Shown here piece after piece: positions 1-7,015 of a DNA stretch of 24,776 bases (positions are counted from its first letter, which is position 1; each line of letters opens with the position of its first letter). The position numbers were made by a program, and so were the translations under genes. Location: the IMG/VR virus record IMGVR_UViG_3300042894_000328, positions 1-24,776 of that record; one strand, written 5' to 3'. The DNA is from a virus (Duplodnaviria > Caudoviricetes). The notes beneath the pieces are model-generated. The model ran no database searches, was not told the origin of the DNA, and was given only the letters and a program-made list of their open reading frames with translations.

Positions 1-9
1 GGTCATTGG

Positions 10-228
10 TCAGGCTCCCTTGTTAAGCTGGTTGCGCCAGAAATCGCGCTCTCCGCGCATGAAGTCGCGCATGGTGCCGCTAAAGCCGCGCATGGTGCGC
101 TCGATCGTCGCGAGATGCGCCCGCATGAATTCAGCGTCGATCGTATCGCCAGCGGCGATGCAGTGGCGCTTGAAGTCGCGGCCTTCGAGGATGCCGTCAA
201 GGTAGGCTTGCGAAACGGTGGTGGTCAT
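10..228 (-). CDS. Small hypothetical phage protein (72 aa), first gene of a leftward operon
   Basis: AAGGAG RBS 6 nt before ATG at 228 (MTTTVSQAYL...). The next gene appears to start at position 6 with a similar context (GGGAG...ACCAATGACC) and runs off the window edge. Confidence 0.7.
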   Translation of the reverse strand: MTTTVSQAYLDGILEGRDFKRHCIAAGDTIDAEFMRAHLATIERTMRGFSGTMRDFMRGERDFWRNQLNKGA

Positions 229-250
229 TGGTTGCTCCTTTGCGTTGACG

Positions 251-758
251 ATTGCCAATGATTAAACCCTCAATTCCATCATTGCAACATATTTCTTTGC
301 AGGAAATGCGATTGCCACGCTTTTCGGTATTTTGCCCGAATTTTGCGCCCGTCGATCAGGCCGGATGAAATAACTTACACGGCTGTCAGCTAAGTTTGGC
401 GGTTTGGGTCAAATCTTGGGTCATTGCGGCGATGCAGATTGCCAATAGAAAAGGCGAGGAAACGCGCGCCTGACAAGGGGCTATTGGCAATTTGGGTCAT
501 GGAAAAGATGACTAGCTAGGATTTCTGTGGTGTTGAGAACGGTTATCAATAACGGATTTGGGGGCGATATGAAACTGACTGCCCAAACCGCCCAACTTGC
601 CAATGATTGCCCGCGCATATTGCTGCGTCATTGGCGTTTTGGGTCATCGTTTCGACAGTCGGTTTCCAACTTCTGAACCCGTTGCCCAAATTGCCAATGA
701 TGCCCGTTCGATCAGTGGCGCAATGCGCAATGGCCGATCGGCTGCCCAAATTGCCCAA
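251..758. repeat. Array of degenerate TG(A)CCCAAA-TTGCCAAT repeats in both orientations (iteron/operator-like)
   Basis: - strand copies at 396-411, 483-500, 630-647. + strand copies at 580-612, 682-705, 743-758. Half-sites at 251-259, 311-317, 416-424, 438-446. Perfect 11-bp inverted pair at 438-448/481-491. Confidence 0.8.
259..287 (-). promoter_or_regulatory. Putative leftward sigma70-type promoter TTGCAA-N17-TAATCA
   Basis: -35 at 287-282, 17-bp spacer, -10 at 264-259, A-rich upstream. It lies just upstream of the RBS of the 10-228 gene and mirrors the rightward promoter at 791-819. Confidence 0.55.
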
Positions 759-799
759 CGAAAAAAAATCGCCAGTTGCAAAAAAAAATGTTGCAATGA
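279..799. repeat. 23-bp inverted repeat pair (279-301 / 777-799) bracketing the repeat array
   Basis: TCATTGCAACATATTTCTTTGCA versus the reverse complement of TGCAAAAAAAAATGTTGCAATGA: 21/23 identical. Each copy contains the -35 and UP element of a divergent promoter. Confidence 0.85.
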
Positions 800-819
800 A
801 ATTTTAGGCAGTCTACTAG
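791..819 (+). promoter_or_regulatory. Putative rightward promoter TTGCAA-N17-TACTAG with A-tract UP element
   Basis: -35 at 791-796, -10 at 814-819, A9 tract at 780-788. Confidence 0.55.
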
Positions 820-825
820 GGGTTT

Positions 826-946
826 GTCACCGGGAGGGATTGCTTCCACGCACAGGCCGGTGAACGCCGACCGAGGATCGCGGATGTAGGAGCGGAAGCA
901 AGCGCGCTGAACGATAAGCGCCAGCCGGGGTTACGTGAAGCCCGGC
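826..946 (+). ncRNA. Candidate structured non-coding RNA (pseudoknot plus two hairpins)
   Basis: Starts at the predicted TSS. TCACCGG 827-833/CCGGTGA 857-863; TTGCTTCC 840-847/GGAAGCAA 894-901; GCGCT 904-908/AGCGC 917-921; GCCGGG 924-929/CCCGGC 941-946. No credible ORF. Confidence 0.35.
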
Positions 947-966
947 ACACAATTGAAAGGGCCGCG

Positions 967-1027
967 CGCCAGCCGCCAGACAAAATGTGCCCGCGCGGTC
1001 GACGCCAGCCGCCAGCACAAAAGGGCC
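967..1027 (+). repeat. Imperfect ~25-bp direct repeat CGCCAGCCGCCAG(C)ACAAAA.G.GCC, 36-bp period
   Basis: Identical 13-mer at 967-979 and 1003-1015 with similar 3' flanks. A hairpin 960-968/992-1000 overlaps it. Confidence 0.7.
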
Positions 1028-1037
1028 AGCCAAATCC

Positions 1038-1073
1038 TGTTGCGGTGCAGCATTTTGCTGCGGTGCAGCATTT
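1038..1073. promoter_or_regulatory. Tandem 18-bp repeat containing palindrome TGCTGC-N3-GCAGCA (PhaR-box-like operator)
   Basis: TGTTGCGGTGCAGCATTT (1038-1055) and TGCTGCGGTGCAGCATTT (1056-1073). The repeat is certain; the binding protein is inferred. Confidence 0.5.
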
Positions 1074-1143
1074 GGAGGGGGTGGGGTGGGGCCGAGCCGG
1101 CGCGTGACTGACGCGGTAGGTATCGCGAACAATTTTTTATTTT

Positions 1144-1171
1144 TTGCAAAATGCCTGCAACACACTATTGT
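1144..1171 (+). promoter_or_regulatory. Putative promoter TTGCAA-N16-TATTGT giving a leaderless terS mRNA
   Basis: -10 ends at 1171 and ATG is at 1178. No Shine-Dalgarno. T-rich UP tract at 1131-1145. Confidence 0.55.
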
Positions 1172-1177
1172 GCGGCC

Positions 1178-1636
1178 ATGTCCTTCTACTCCCTGCCGTT
1201 CACGCCCGAGCGCGTCGAAGCCACAGAGGCGCGTTTGGAAGCGATCTACGAAGCCGCAAAGTACGGCCTTAAAGGCGACAGCCTCGCGCTGCGCGCCGGC
1301 CTGACGCCGACGCAGTTCCGGCGGCTGCAAGAGTTTGACCCGCTGGTGGAAATGGCCGAAATGAAGGGCCGCGCCGACGGCGAATGGCTGGCGGCCAAGA
1401 CGCTGTACGACGCGGCGGTTAAGGGCGACGCCAAGGCGGCGCTCGACATTCTCAAGCATCAGCACGGCTGGGTGGCCAAGCAGCAAATCGACGTCAACGT
1501 CGACCAGCAGATCAGCGTGTTGACCGCGCTGGAGCGCGCGCAGACCCGCGTTATCGAAGGTATCTATGAGCCGGTAATTGCGCTACAGGCGCACGACAGC
1601 CACACGGAGACGGTCGATGCTCAACATGATGAATAG
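1178..1636 (+). CDS. terS: Probable terminase small subunit (152 aa)
   Basis: First gene of the packaging operon. HTH-like N-terminus (DSLALRAGLTPTQFRRL), helical oligomerisation segment (AAVKGDAKAALDILKHQHGW) and a beta-strand tail (QQIDVNVDQQI). Confidence 0.7.
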   Translation: MSFYSLPFTPERVEATEARLEAIYEAAKYGLKGDSLALRAGLTPTQFRRLQEFDPLVEMAEMKGRADGEWLAAKTLYDAAVKGDAKAALDILKHQHGWVAKQQIDVNVDQQISVLTALERAQTRVIEGIYEPVIALQAHDSHTETVDAQHDE

Positions 1637-2108
1637 AGGCTTCATGCCGTTCCGGCCCGCTGAGAGCGGTGGCCCGGCGATGATGCGGTTCTTGCCGACC
1701 GGCGACGCCTCCGAAGATGTCGACACGACCTACGGTGGGTTTCCGAGTTCGTTCGCGCCGCCGATGCCGTCGTCGTTCCAGCCGCCCGCGCCGATGCCGA
1801 CGTTCGACATGAACGGTATGGGCAGCATGACCGATCAGTTCGGCCCGGGCCAACCGATGTTCGGCCAGCCCTTCAACCAGATGAACCTTGGCGGCACGCG
1901 CCGCCCGGTGTCCATAAGCGGTGGCGGCGCAAGCCGCACCGCCATGTCGCCGCTCAACATGATGCTGCGCCGCGCTCGCGGTATGCGCTCCAGCGCGTTC
2001 GGGAACGGCGCCAACCGGTCGTTCGGGCGCAGCTTCGGGCAGTCGTTCGGTCAGCCCAGCATCGAGAGCGACTTCAGCGGGCTTAGTTCGTTCAATCAGA
2101 CCTTCTGA
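1617..2108 (+). CDS. Low-complexity Met/Phe/Gly/Pro/Ser-rich FG-repeat protein (163 aa), function unknown
   Basis: GGAG RBS at 1606-1609, ATG at 1617, codon usage like its neighbours, stop overlaps the terL start (TGATG). Confidence 0.7.
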   Translation: MLNMMNRGFMPFRPAESGGPAMMRFLPTGDASEDVDTTYGGFPSSFAPPMPSSFQPPAPMPTFDMNGMGSMTDQFGPGQPMFGQPFNQMNLGGTRRPVSISGGGASRTAMSPLNMMLRRARGMRSSAFGNGANRSFGRSFGQSFGQPSIESDFSGLSSFNQTF

Positions 2109-3646
2109 TGCAGTCGCCGATCTACACCGCTCAGGAAGAAATGGAGCTAATGAGCCGGCTATGGGCGCCGGCCATTAAGGACGACCCGCTGGCGTTCGTG
2201 CTGCTGACATTCCCATGGGGCGAAAAGGGCACGCCGCTGGAGCATTTCACAGGGCCGCGCAAATGGCAGCGCGACATCCTGATCGACCTGCGCGACCACA
2301 TCCGGTCGAACCAAGGCAAGGTCGACTTCGATACGTTCCGAGAAGCGGTGGCGTCCGGGCGCGGTATCGGTAAGTCCGCGCTCGTCTCGTGGCTCGTCAT
2401 CTGGATGCTGTCGACGCGCATCGGCTCGACCACAATCGTGTCGGCCAACTCCGAGGCGCAGCTCCGGTCGGTGACATGGGCGGAAATCACCAAGTGGCTG
2501 GCCATGTCCATCCACAGCCACTGGTTCGAGGTGGCCGCGACCCGCATCATGCCAGCCAAGTGGCTGACCGAGATCGTCGAGCGCGACCTCAAGAAAGGCA
2601 CGCGCTACTGGTCGGTCGAAGGCCGGCTCTGGTCGGAAGAAAACCCCGACGCCTACGCCGGTGTCCACAACTTCGACGGCGTGTGCCTCATATTCGACGA
2701 AGCCAGCGGTATCCCGGACAGCATCTGGTCGGTGGCAGCGGGCTTCTTCACGGAAAACACGCCGAACCGCTTCCATCTGGCGTTCTCGAACCCGCGCCGC
2801 AACACCGGCTATTTCTACGAGGCGTTCAACTCCAAGCGGGCGTTCTGGCGCACGCGCAACATCGACGCGCGCAACGTCGAGGGCACCGACAAGAACCTCT
2901 ACCAGCAGATCATCGACGAGTACGGGGCCGACAGCTATCAGGCGAACGTCGAAGTCTATGGGCAATTTCCGTCGGAAGGCGACGACCAGTTCATCGCCGT
3001 CAATCTGGTCGATGATGCCATGGCGCGGCCAAAGCAGAAGGATGAAAGCGCGCCTATCGTCGTCGGCGTCGACCCGGCACGCTTCGGCAGCGACGCGACC
3101 GTCATCGCCGTGCGCCAAGGCCGCGACATCATCGCCATCAAGCGCCACCGGGGCGCCGACACGATGGAAGTCGCCGGCTATGTCATTGAAGCGATTGAAG
3201 AATATAGCCCTGCGCTGGTCTGCGTCGACGAAGGCGGTCTGGGCGCAGGCGTCGTCGACCGGCTAAAGGAGCAGCGCTACAAGGTGCGCGGCGTCAACTT
3301 CGGCAACAAGGCGCAGAAGCAGATCATGTACGGCAACAAGCGGGCCGAGATGTGGGGCGCCATGCGCGACTGGCTGCGCACCGGCTCCCTGCCGGCAGAT
3401 CGCTTCCTGAAGACCGACCTGATTGGGCCGCGCGTCAAGCCCGACAGCAAGGGCACGCTGTTCCTTGAGAGCAAGAAGGACATGAAGGCACGCGGGCTGG
3501 CGTCGCCTGACGCCGCCGACGCCATCGCGCTGACGTTCGCGTTCCCGGTCGCGTCCCGCGAGGGCCGCTCGGGCGGCGCGATTGACAACAACCGGCCTCG
3601 CGGTTACTCGTCGTCTGGTATAGCTACAAGCTGGATGGGTTGTTGA
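2108..3646 (+). CDS. terL: Terminase large subunit
   Basis: Walker A ASGRGIGKS, Walker B LIFDEASG, coupling motif FSNP, RNase H-like nuclease motifs VVGVDPARFGSD and SPDAADA. Confidence 0.95.
   Translation: MQSPIYTAQEEMELMSRLWAPAIKDDPLAFVLLTFPWGEKGTPLEHFTGPRKWQRDILIDLRDHIRSNQGKVDFDTFREAVASGRGIGKSALVSWLVIWMLSTRIGSTTIVSANSEAQLRSVTWAEITKWLAMSIHSHWFEVAATRIMPAKWLTEIVERDLKKGTRYWSVEGRLWSEENPDAYAGVHNFDGVCLIFDEASGIPDSIWSVAAGFFTENTPNRFHLAFSNPRRNTGYFYEAFNSKRAFWRTRNIDARNVEGTDKNLYQQIIDEYGADSYQANVEVYGQFPSEGDDQFIAVNLVDDAMARPKQKDESAPIVVGVDPARFGSDATVIAVRQGRDIIAIKRHRGADTMEVAGYVIEAIEEYSPALVCVDEGGLGAGVVDRLKEQRYKVRGVNFGNKAQKQIMYGNKRAEMWGAMRDWLRTGSLPADRFLKTDLIGPRVKPDSKGTLFLESKKDMKARGLASPDAADAIALTFAFPVASREGRSGGAIDNNRPRGYSSSGIATSWMGC
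3582..3610 (+). promoter_or_regulatory. Possible internal promoter TTGACA-N17-TACTCG in the terL 3' end
   Basis: Perfect -35 and 17-bp spacer, upstream of the small basic ORFs and the portal gene. Confidence 0.4.
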
Positions 3647-3647
3647 C

Positions 3648-3914
3648 GTGGCTGCTAAACGAAAGTCCGTTTCCCTATCTGTTGGTCGCGGGGAAAAACT
3701 CCCCGTTTCCAAAGGCGCGGGCCTGACTGAAAAGGGCCGCGAGCGTCACAACCGCGAAACCGGCTCGAATCTCAAGGCGCCAGCGCCGAACCCCAAAACC
3801 AAAGCTGATGCAGCCCGCAAAAAGTCGTTTTGCGCCCGCATGGGTGCAGTTGCCGCCAAGGCAAAAGACGGCGAGCGGGCCAAAGCCAGCCTCAAACGGT
3901 GGAATTGCTCATGA
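3648..3914 (+). CDS. Small basic phage protein (88 aa), DUF6321-like
   Basis: GTG start. GLTEKGR..NRETGSNLK and RKKSFCARM motifs, ends LKRWNC. Family recalled from memory. Confidence 0.75.
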   Translation: MAAKRKSVSLSVGRGEKLPVSKGAGLTEKGRERHNRETGSNLKAPAPNPKTKADAARKKSFCARMGAVAAKAKDGERAKASLKRWNCS

Positions 3915-4060
3915 GCCGAGGTCTGTACGCCAACATTCACGCCAAGCGCGAGCGCATCGCGGCTGGTTCCGGCGAGAAAATGCGCAAACCCGGCGCCAAA
4001 GGCGCTCCGACCGCCAAGGCGTTCCGTGAGAGCGCCAAAACCGCCAAAAAAGGCAAGTAA
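3911..4060 (+). CDS. Small basic phage protein (49 aa, GLYANIHAKR type)
   Basis: ATGA overlap with the previous gene. MSRGLYANIHAKRERIAAGSGEKMRKPG...AKKGK. Confidence 0.75.
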   Translation: MSRGLYANIHAKRERIAAGSGEKMRKPGAKGAPTAKAFRESAKTAKKGK

Positions 4061-4061
4061 A

Positions 4062-4244
4062 ATGGCCAAAACACCCCGCGTCAGCATGCCTCGGACGAAG
4101 CCCACAGCGGCCCCCAAAATGGCCGATACGCGCCCTGCCGCGTCTCCGGCGGGCAGTTTGATGGAGCGGCAGCGCCGTCGGCCTGCACCTGAGGTGATCA
4201 GCACCACCACGCGCATGCGTGAGACGCCGATGAAGGGCAAATAG
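4062..4244 (+). CDS. Small basic, probably disordered protein (60 aa)
   Basis: Fills the gap exactly between neighbours (1-bp spacers). Arg/Lys/Pro/Met-rich, ends MKGK. Confidence 0.6.
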   Translation: MAKTPRVSMPRTKPTAAPKMADTRPAASPAGSLMERQRRRPAPEVISTTTRMRETPMKGK

Positions 4245-4245
4245 C

Positions 4246-4386
4246 ATGCCTCTGGTCAAATCGTCCACGAAATCGGCGTTTCGCAAGAACATTCGGGCCG
4301 AGATCGACGCCGGAAAGCCGGCGAAACAGGCCGTTGCCATCGCCTACAGCGTGCAGCGCCAAGCGGCCAAAAAAGGTAAGAAATAA
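4246..4386 (+). CDS. Small basic protein (46 aa) with QAVAIA motif, missed by the ORF track
   Basis: MPLVKSSTKSAFRKNIRAEIDAGKPAKQAVAIAYSVQRQAAKKGKK. The KQAVAIA motif is typical of small proteins near phage head genes. Confidence 0.75.
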   Translation: MPLVKSSTKSAFRKNIRAEIDAGKPAKQAVAIAYSVQRQAAKKGKK

Positions 4387-4391
4387 GCGAT

Positions 4392-6647
4392 ATGGCCGAC
4401 CCCACAGGCATCAATAAGGCAGGACAGGTCGCCAACGTCGGCTCCAACCCGGCCAAATCGTCGGGCGACAACGACAAGATGGCGACTATGCGCCATCGGC
4501 TCCAGATGGCGCAGGCCGCCTACTCGGACAGCCGCGAAGACGAGCTTGACGATCTGCGGTTCATGGCCGGTTCGCCGGACAACCAGTGGCAGTGGCCGGC
4601 TGACGTGCTGGCAACGCGCGGCTCCGTGCAGGGCCAAACCATCAACGCCCGCCCGTGCCTGACCATCAACAAGCTGCCGCAGCACGTTCGCATGGTGACG
4701 AACGAGCAGCGCCAGAACCGCCCGAGCGGCAAGGTCATCCCGGCTGACGACAACGCCGACGTGCAGGTCGCCGAAATCCTCAACGGCGTCGTGCGGCATA
4801 TCGAGTATATGTCGGACGCCGACGTCGCGTACGACACCGCTTGCGACAATCAGGTCACGTATGGCGAGGGCTATATCCGCCTGTTGACCGAGTACTGCAA
4901 CGACGAGACGTTCGATCAGGACATTCGCATCGGGCGCGTCCGCAACTCGTTCAGCGTCTACATGGACCCGACCATTCAGGACCCATGCGGCGCTGACGCT
5001 GAGTGGTGCTTCATCACCGAAGACATCCTCAAAGACGAATACGAACGCATGTTCCCCAACGCGACGCCCATATCGACGCTCTACTCGCAGGGCGTGGGCG
5101 ATCAGGGGCTGTCCTCGTGGATACAAGAGGACACTATCCGCATCGCGGAGTATTTCTACGCCGTCTATGATCGTGCGACCCTGCACCTGTACATCGACGG
5201 CCAGACGGCGTTCGCCAACACGCCGAAGGACAAGCAGCTTGCCGCGCAGATGGGCAAGCCTATCCGCACCCGCGAGGTTCACCGTCGCAAAATCATGTGG
5301 ATGAAGACCAACGGCTTCGACGTGCTCGACGAGCGCGAGTGGCCGGGCAAGTGGATACCCGTCGTTCGCGTCATCGGCAACGAGTGGGAAGTCGAAGGCC
5401 GCATGCACATCTCCGGCCTCGTGCGCAACGCGAAGGACGCGCAGCGCATGTACAACTACTGGACGAGCCAAGAGGCAGAAATGCTGGCGCTGGCTCCGAA
5501 GGCGCCCTTCATCGGCTATGGCGGCCAGTTTGAAGGCTATGAGATGCAGTGGAAGACCGCCAATACGACCAACTGGCCGTATCTGGAGGTCAATCCCGAC
5601 GTGACGGATGGCGCGGGCAATGTCCTCCCCCTCCCGCAGCGCGCGCCGCCGCCGTTGCCTCAGACGGGCCTCATTCAGGCCAAGATGGGGGCTGCTGACG
5701 ACATCAAGGGCACCACTGGCCAGTATGACGCGTCGCTTGGCATTGGCGGCAACGAACGCTCGGCTAAGGCAATCGTCGCACGCGAAAAGCAGGGTGACGT
5801 CGGCACCTACCACTTTGTCGACAACCTCGCCCGCGCGGTGCGCCACATCACGCGCCAGATCGTCGACCTCATCCCGAAGATTTACGACACGCAGCGCATC
5901 GCTCGCATCATTGGCGTCGATGGCGACGTCGACATGGTCAAGATCAACCCGTTGCAGCCGGAGCCGGTTAAGGAAATCCGCGACCAGACCGGCGCGATGA
6001 TCGAGAAAATCTACAACCCGAGCGTCGGCATCTACGACGTTATGGTTACGACAGGCCCGGGCTACATGACGAAGCGTCAGGAAGCGCTCGACGCCATGAG
6101 CCAGATTTTGCAGTCCAACCCGCAGCTCTGGACGGTCGCCGGCGACCTGTTCATCAAAAACATGGATTGGCCCGGCGCGCAGGAAATGGCCGAGCGGTTC
6201 AAGAAGATTTTGGACCCCAAGGTCACGGCGCAGGGCGATCAGACGCCCGAGATGATGGCCGCGCAGCAGCAGATCGAAGCGATGACGCAGGAGCTGAACC
6301 GCGTCACGCAGATCATGGAAAGCATCCAAGACAGCGCCGAGCAGCAGAAAATAACGGTAGACCGCTACCGCGCCCAGATCGACGCCTACAACGCCGAAAC
6401 CAAGCGCATCGCCGCCATGCAGGCCGGCATGACGCCGGAGCAGGTGCAGGAGATCGTGATGCACACGCTCGCGTCCGCCATGGACACTGGCGACATCATC
6501 GGCGACGTCGAAGGGATGCGCGAGATGCCGATGCCAGAGATGGCCCAAACGGGCGGTATGCCGCCGCAGATGCCCGAAATGGGCGGTATGCCGCCGCAGA
6601 TGCCCGAAATGGCTCCTGAACAGCCGCCTGAAGGAATGATGGGATGA
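4392..6647 (+). CDS. P22-like portal protein
   Basis: 751 aa, follows terL. RPCLTINKL, GLVRNAKDAQRMYNYW and GIYDVMVTTGPGYMTKRQEA motifs, long C-terminal coiled-coil barrel. Confidence 0.92.
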   Translation: MADPTGINKAGQVANVGSNPAKSSGDNDKMATMRHRLQMAQAAYSDSREDELDDLRFMAGSPDNQWQWPADVLATRGSVQGQTINARPCLTINKLPQHVRMVTNEQRQNRPSGKVIPADDNADVQVAEILNGVVRHIEYMSDADVAYDTACDNQVTYGEGYIRLLTEYCNDETFDQDIRIGRVRNSFSVYMDPTIQDPCGADAEWCFITEDILKDEYERMFPNATPISTLYSQGVGDQGLSSWIQEDTIRIAEYFYAVYDRATLHLYIDGQTAFANTPKDKQLAAQMGKPIRTREVHRRKIMWMKTNGFDVLDEREWPGKWIPVVRVIGNEWEVEGRMHISGLVRNAKDAQRMYNYWTSQEAEMLALAPKAPFIGYGGQFEGYEMQWKTANTTNWPYLEVNPDVTDGAGNVLPLPQRAPPPLPQTGLIQAKMGAADDIKGTTGQYDASLGIGGNERSAKAIVAREKQGDVGTYHFVDNLARAVRHITRQIVDLIPKIYDTQRIARIIGVDGDVDMVKINPLQPEPVKEIRDQTGAMIEKIYNPSVGIYDVMVTTGPGYMTKRQEALDAMSQILQSNPQLWTVAGDLFIKNMDWPGAQEMAERFKKILDPKVTAQGDQTPEMMAAQQQIEAMTQELNRVTQIMESIQDSAEQQKITVDRYRAQIDAYNAETKRIAAMQAGMTPEQVQEIVMHTLASAMDTGDIIGDVEGMREMPMPEMAQTGGMPPQMPEMGGMPPQMPEMAPEQPPEGMMG
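6551..6610 (+). repeat. Perfect 30-bp tandem duplication in the portal C-terminus (GGMPPQMPEM x2)
   Basis: GGGCGGTATGCCGCCGCAGATGCCCGAAAT at 6551-6580 and 6581-6610. Confidence 0.97.
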
Positions 6648-7006
6648 AGTGCGCAGATTTCATAGGCATGCTGTTTCTGGCGCGCGATGTCACGCACAGC
6701 GCGCACCTGAACACGCGCAGCTACGCCAAGCACAAGGCGCTCAACAAATTCTATGACGAAATCGTTGATTTTGCTGACAAATTTGCCGAAGCCTACCAAG
6801 GCAAGTACGGTCTGATTGGCCCGATCACGCTCATGTCGGCCAAGAAGACCAACAACGTCGTCGACTTCCTTGAAGGGCAGGTCGAAGACCTGACGGAAAT
6901 GCGGTATAAGGTGGTCGATAAGGAGTGCACGCCGCTCCAGAACATCATCGACGAGATTCTGGGCCTGTACTACTCCACCCTATACAAACTCAAATTTTTG
7001 GCATAA
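6644..7006 (+). CDS. Dps/ferritin-like four-helix protein (DUF5856-like)
   Basis: HSAHLNT...HKALNKFYDEIVDFADKFAE follows the Dps H..H..Y..D...E ligand pattern. Ends TLYKLKFLA. Confidence 0.7.
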   Translation: MKCADFIGMLFLARDVTHSAHLNTRSYAKHKALNKFYDEIVDFADKFAEAYQGKYGLIGPITLMSAKKTNNVVDFLEGQVEDLTEMRYKVVDKECTPLQNIIDEILGLYYSTLYKLKFLA

Positions 7007-7015
7007 GGGACGACC

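Noticed and set aside
821-901. HDV-like (theta) ribozyme, suggested by UCCACGC and GGUUUGU/ACAGGCC followed by GG
   Set aside because: P1, P3, P1.1 and P2 cannot all be formed in the required order, and there is no P2 partner or J4/2 catalytic C context.
251-1073. CRISPR array or MITE/IS interpretation of the repeats
   Set aside because: The repeats are degenerate, in mixed orientation and irregularly spaced. The 23-bp inverted repeats coincide with promoters, and no target duplication or transposase is seen.
546-1304. ORFs 546-758, 597-863, 607-807, 931-1149 and 987-1304
   Set aside because: They are translations of repeats and homopolymer tracts, without RBS or phage-like codon usage.
4344-6548. 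734-aa antisense ORF over the portal
   Set aside because: Shadow frame caused by strong GC3 codon bias on the sense gene. No motifs or RBS.
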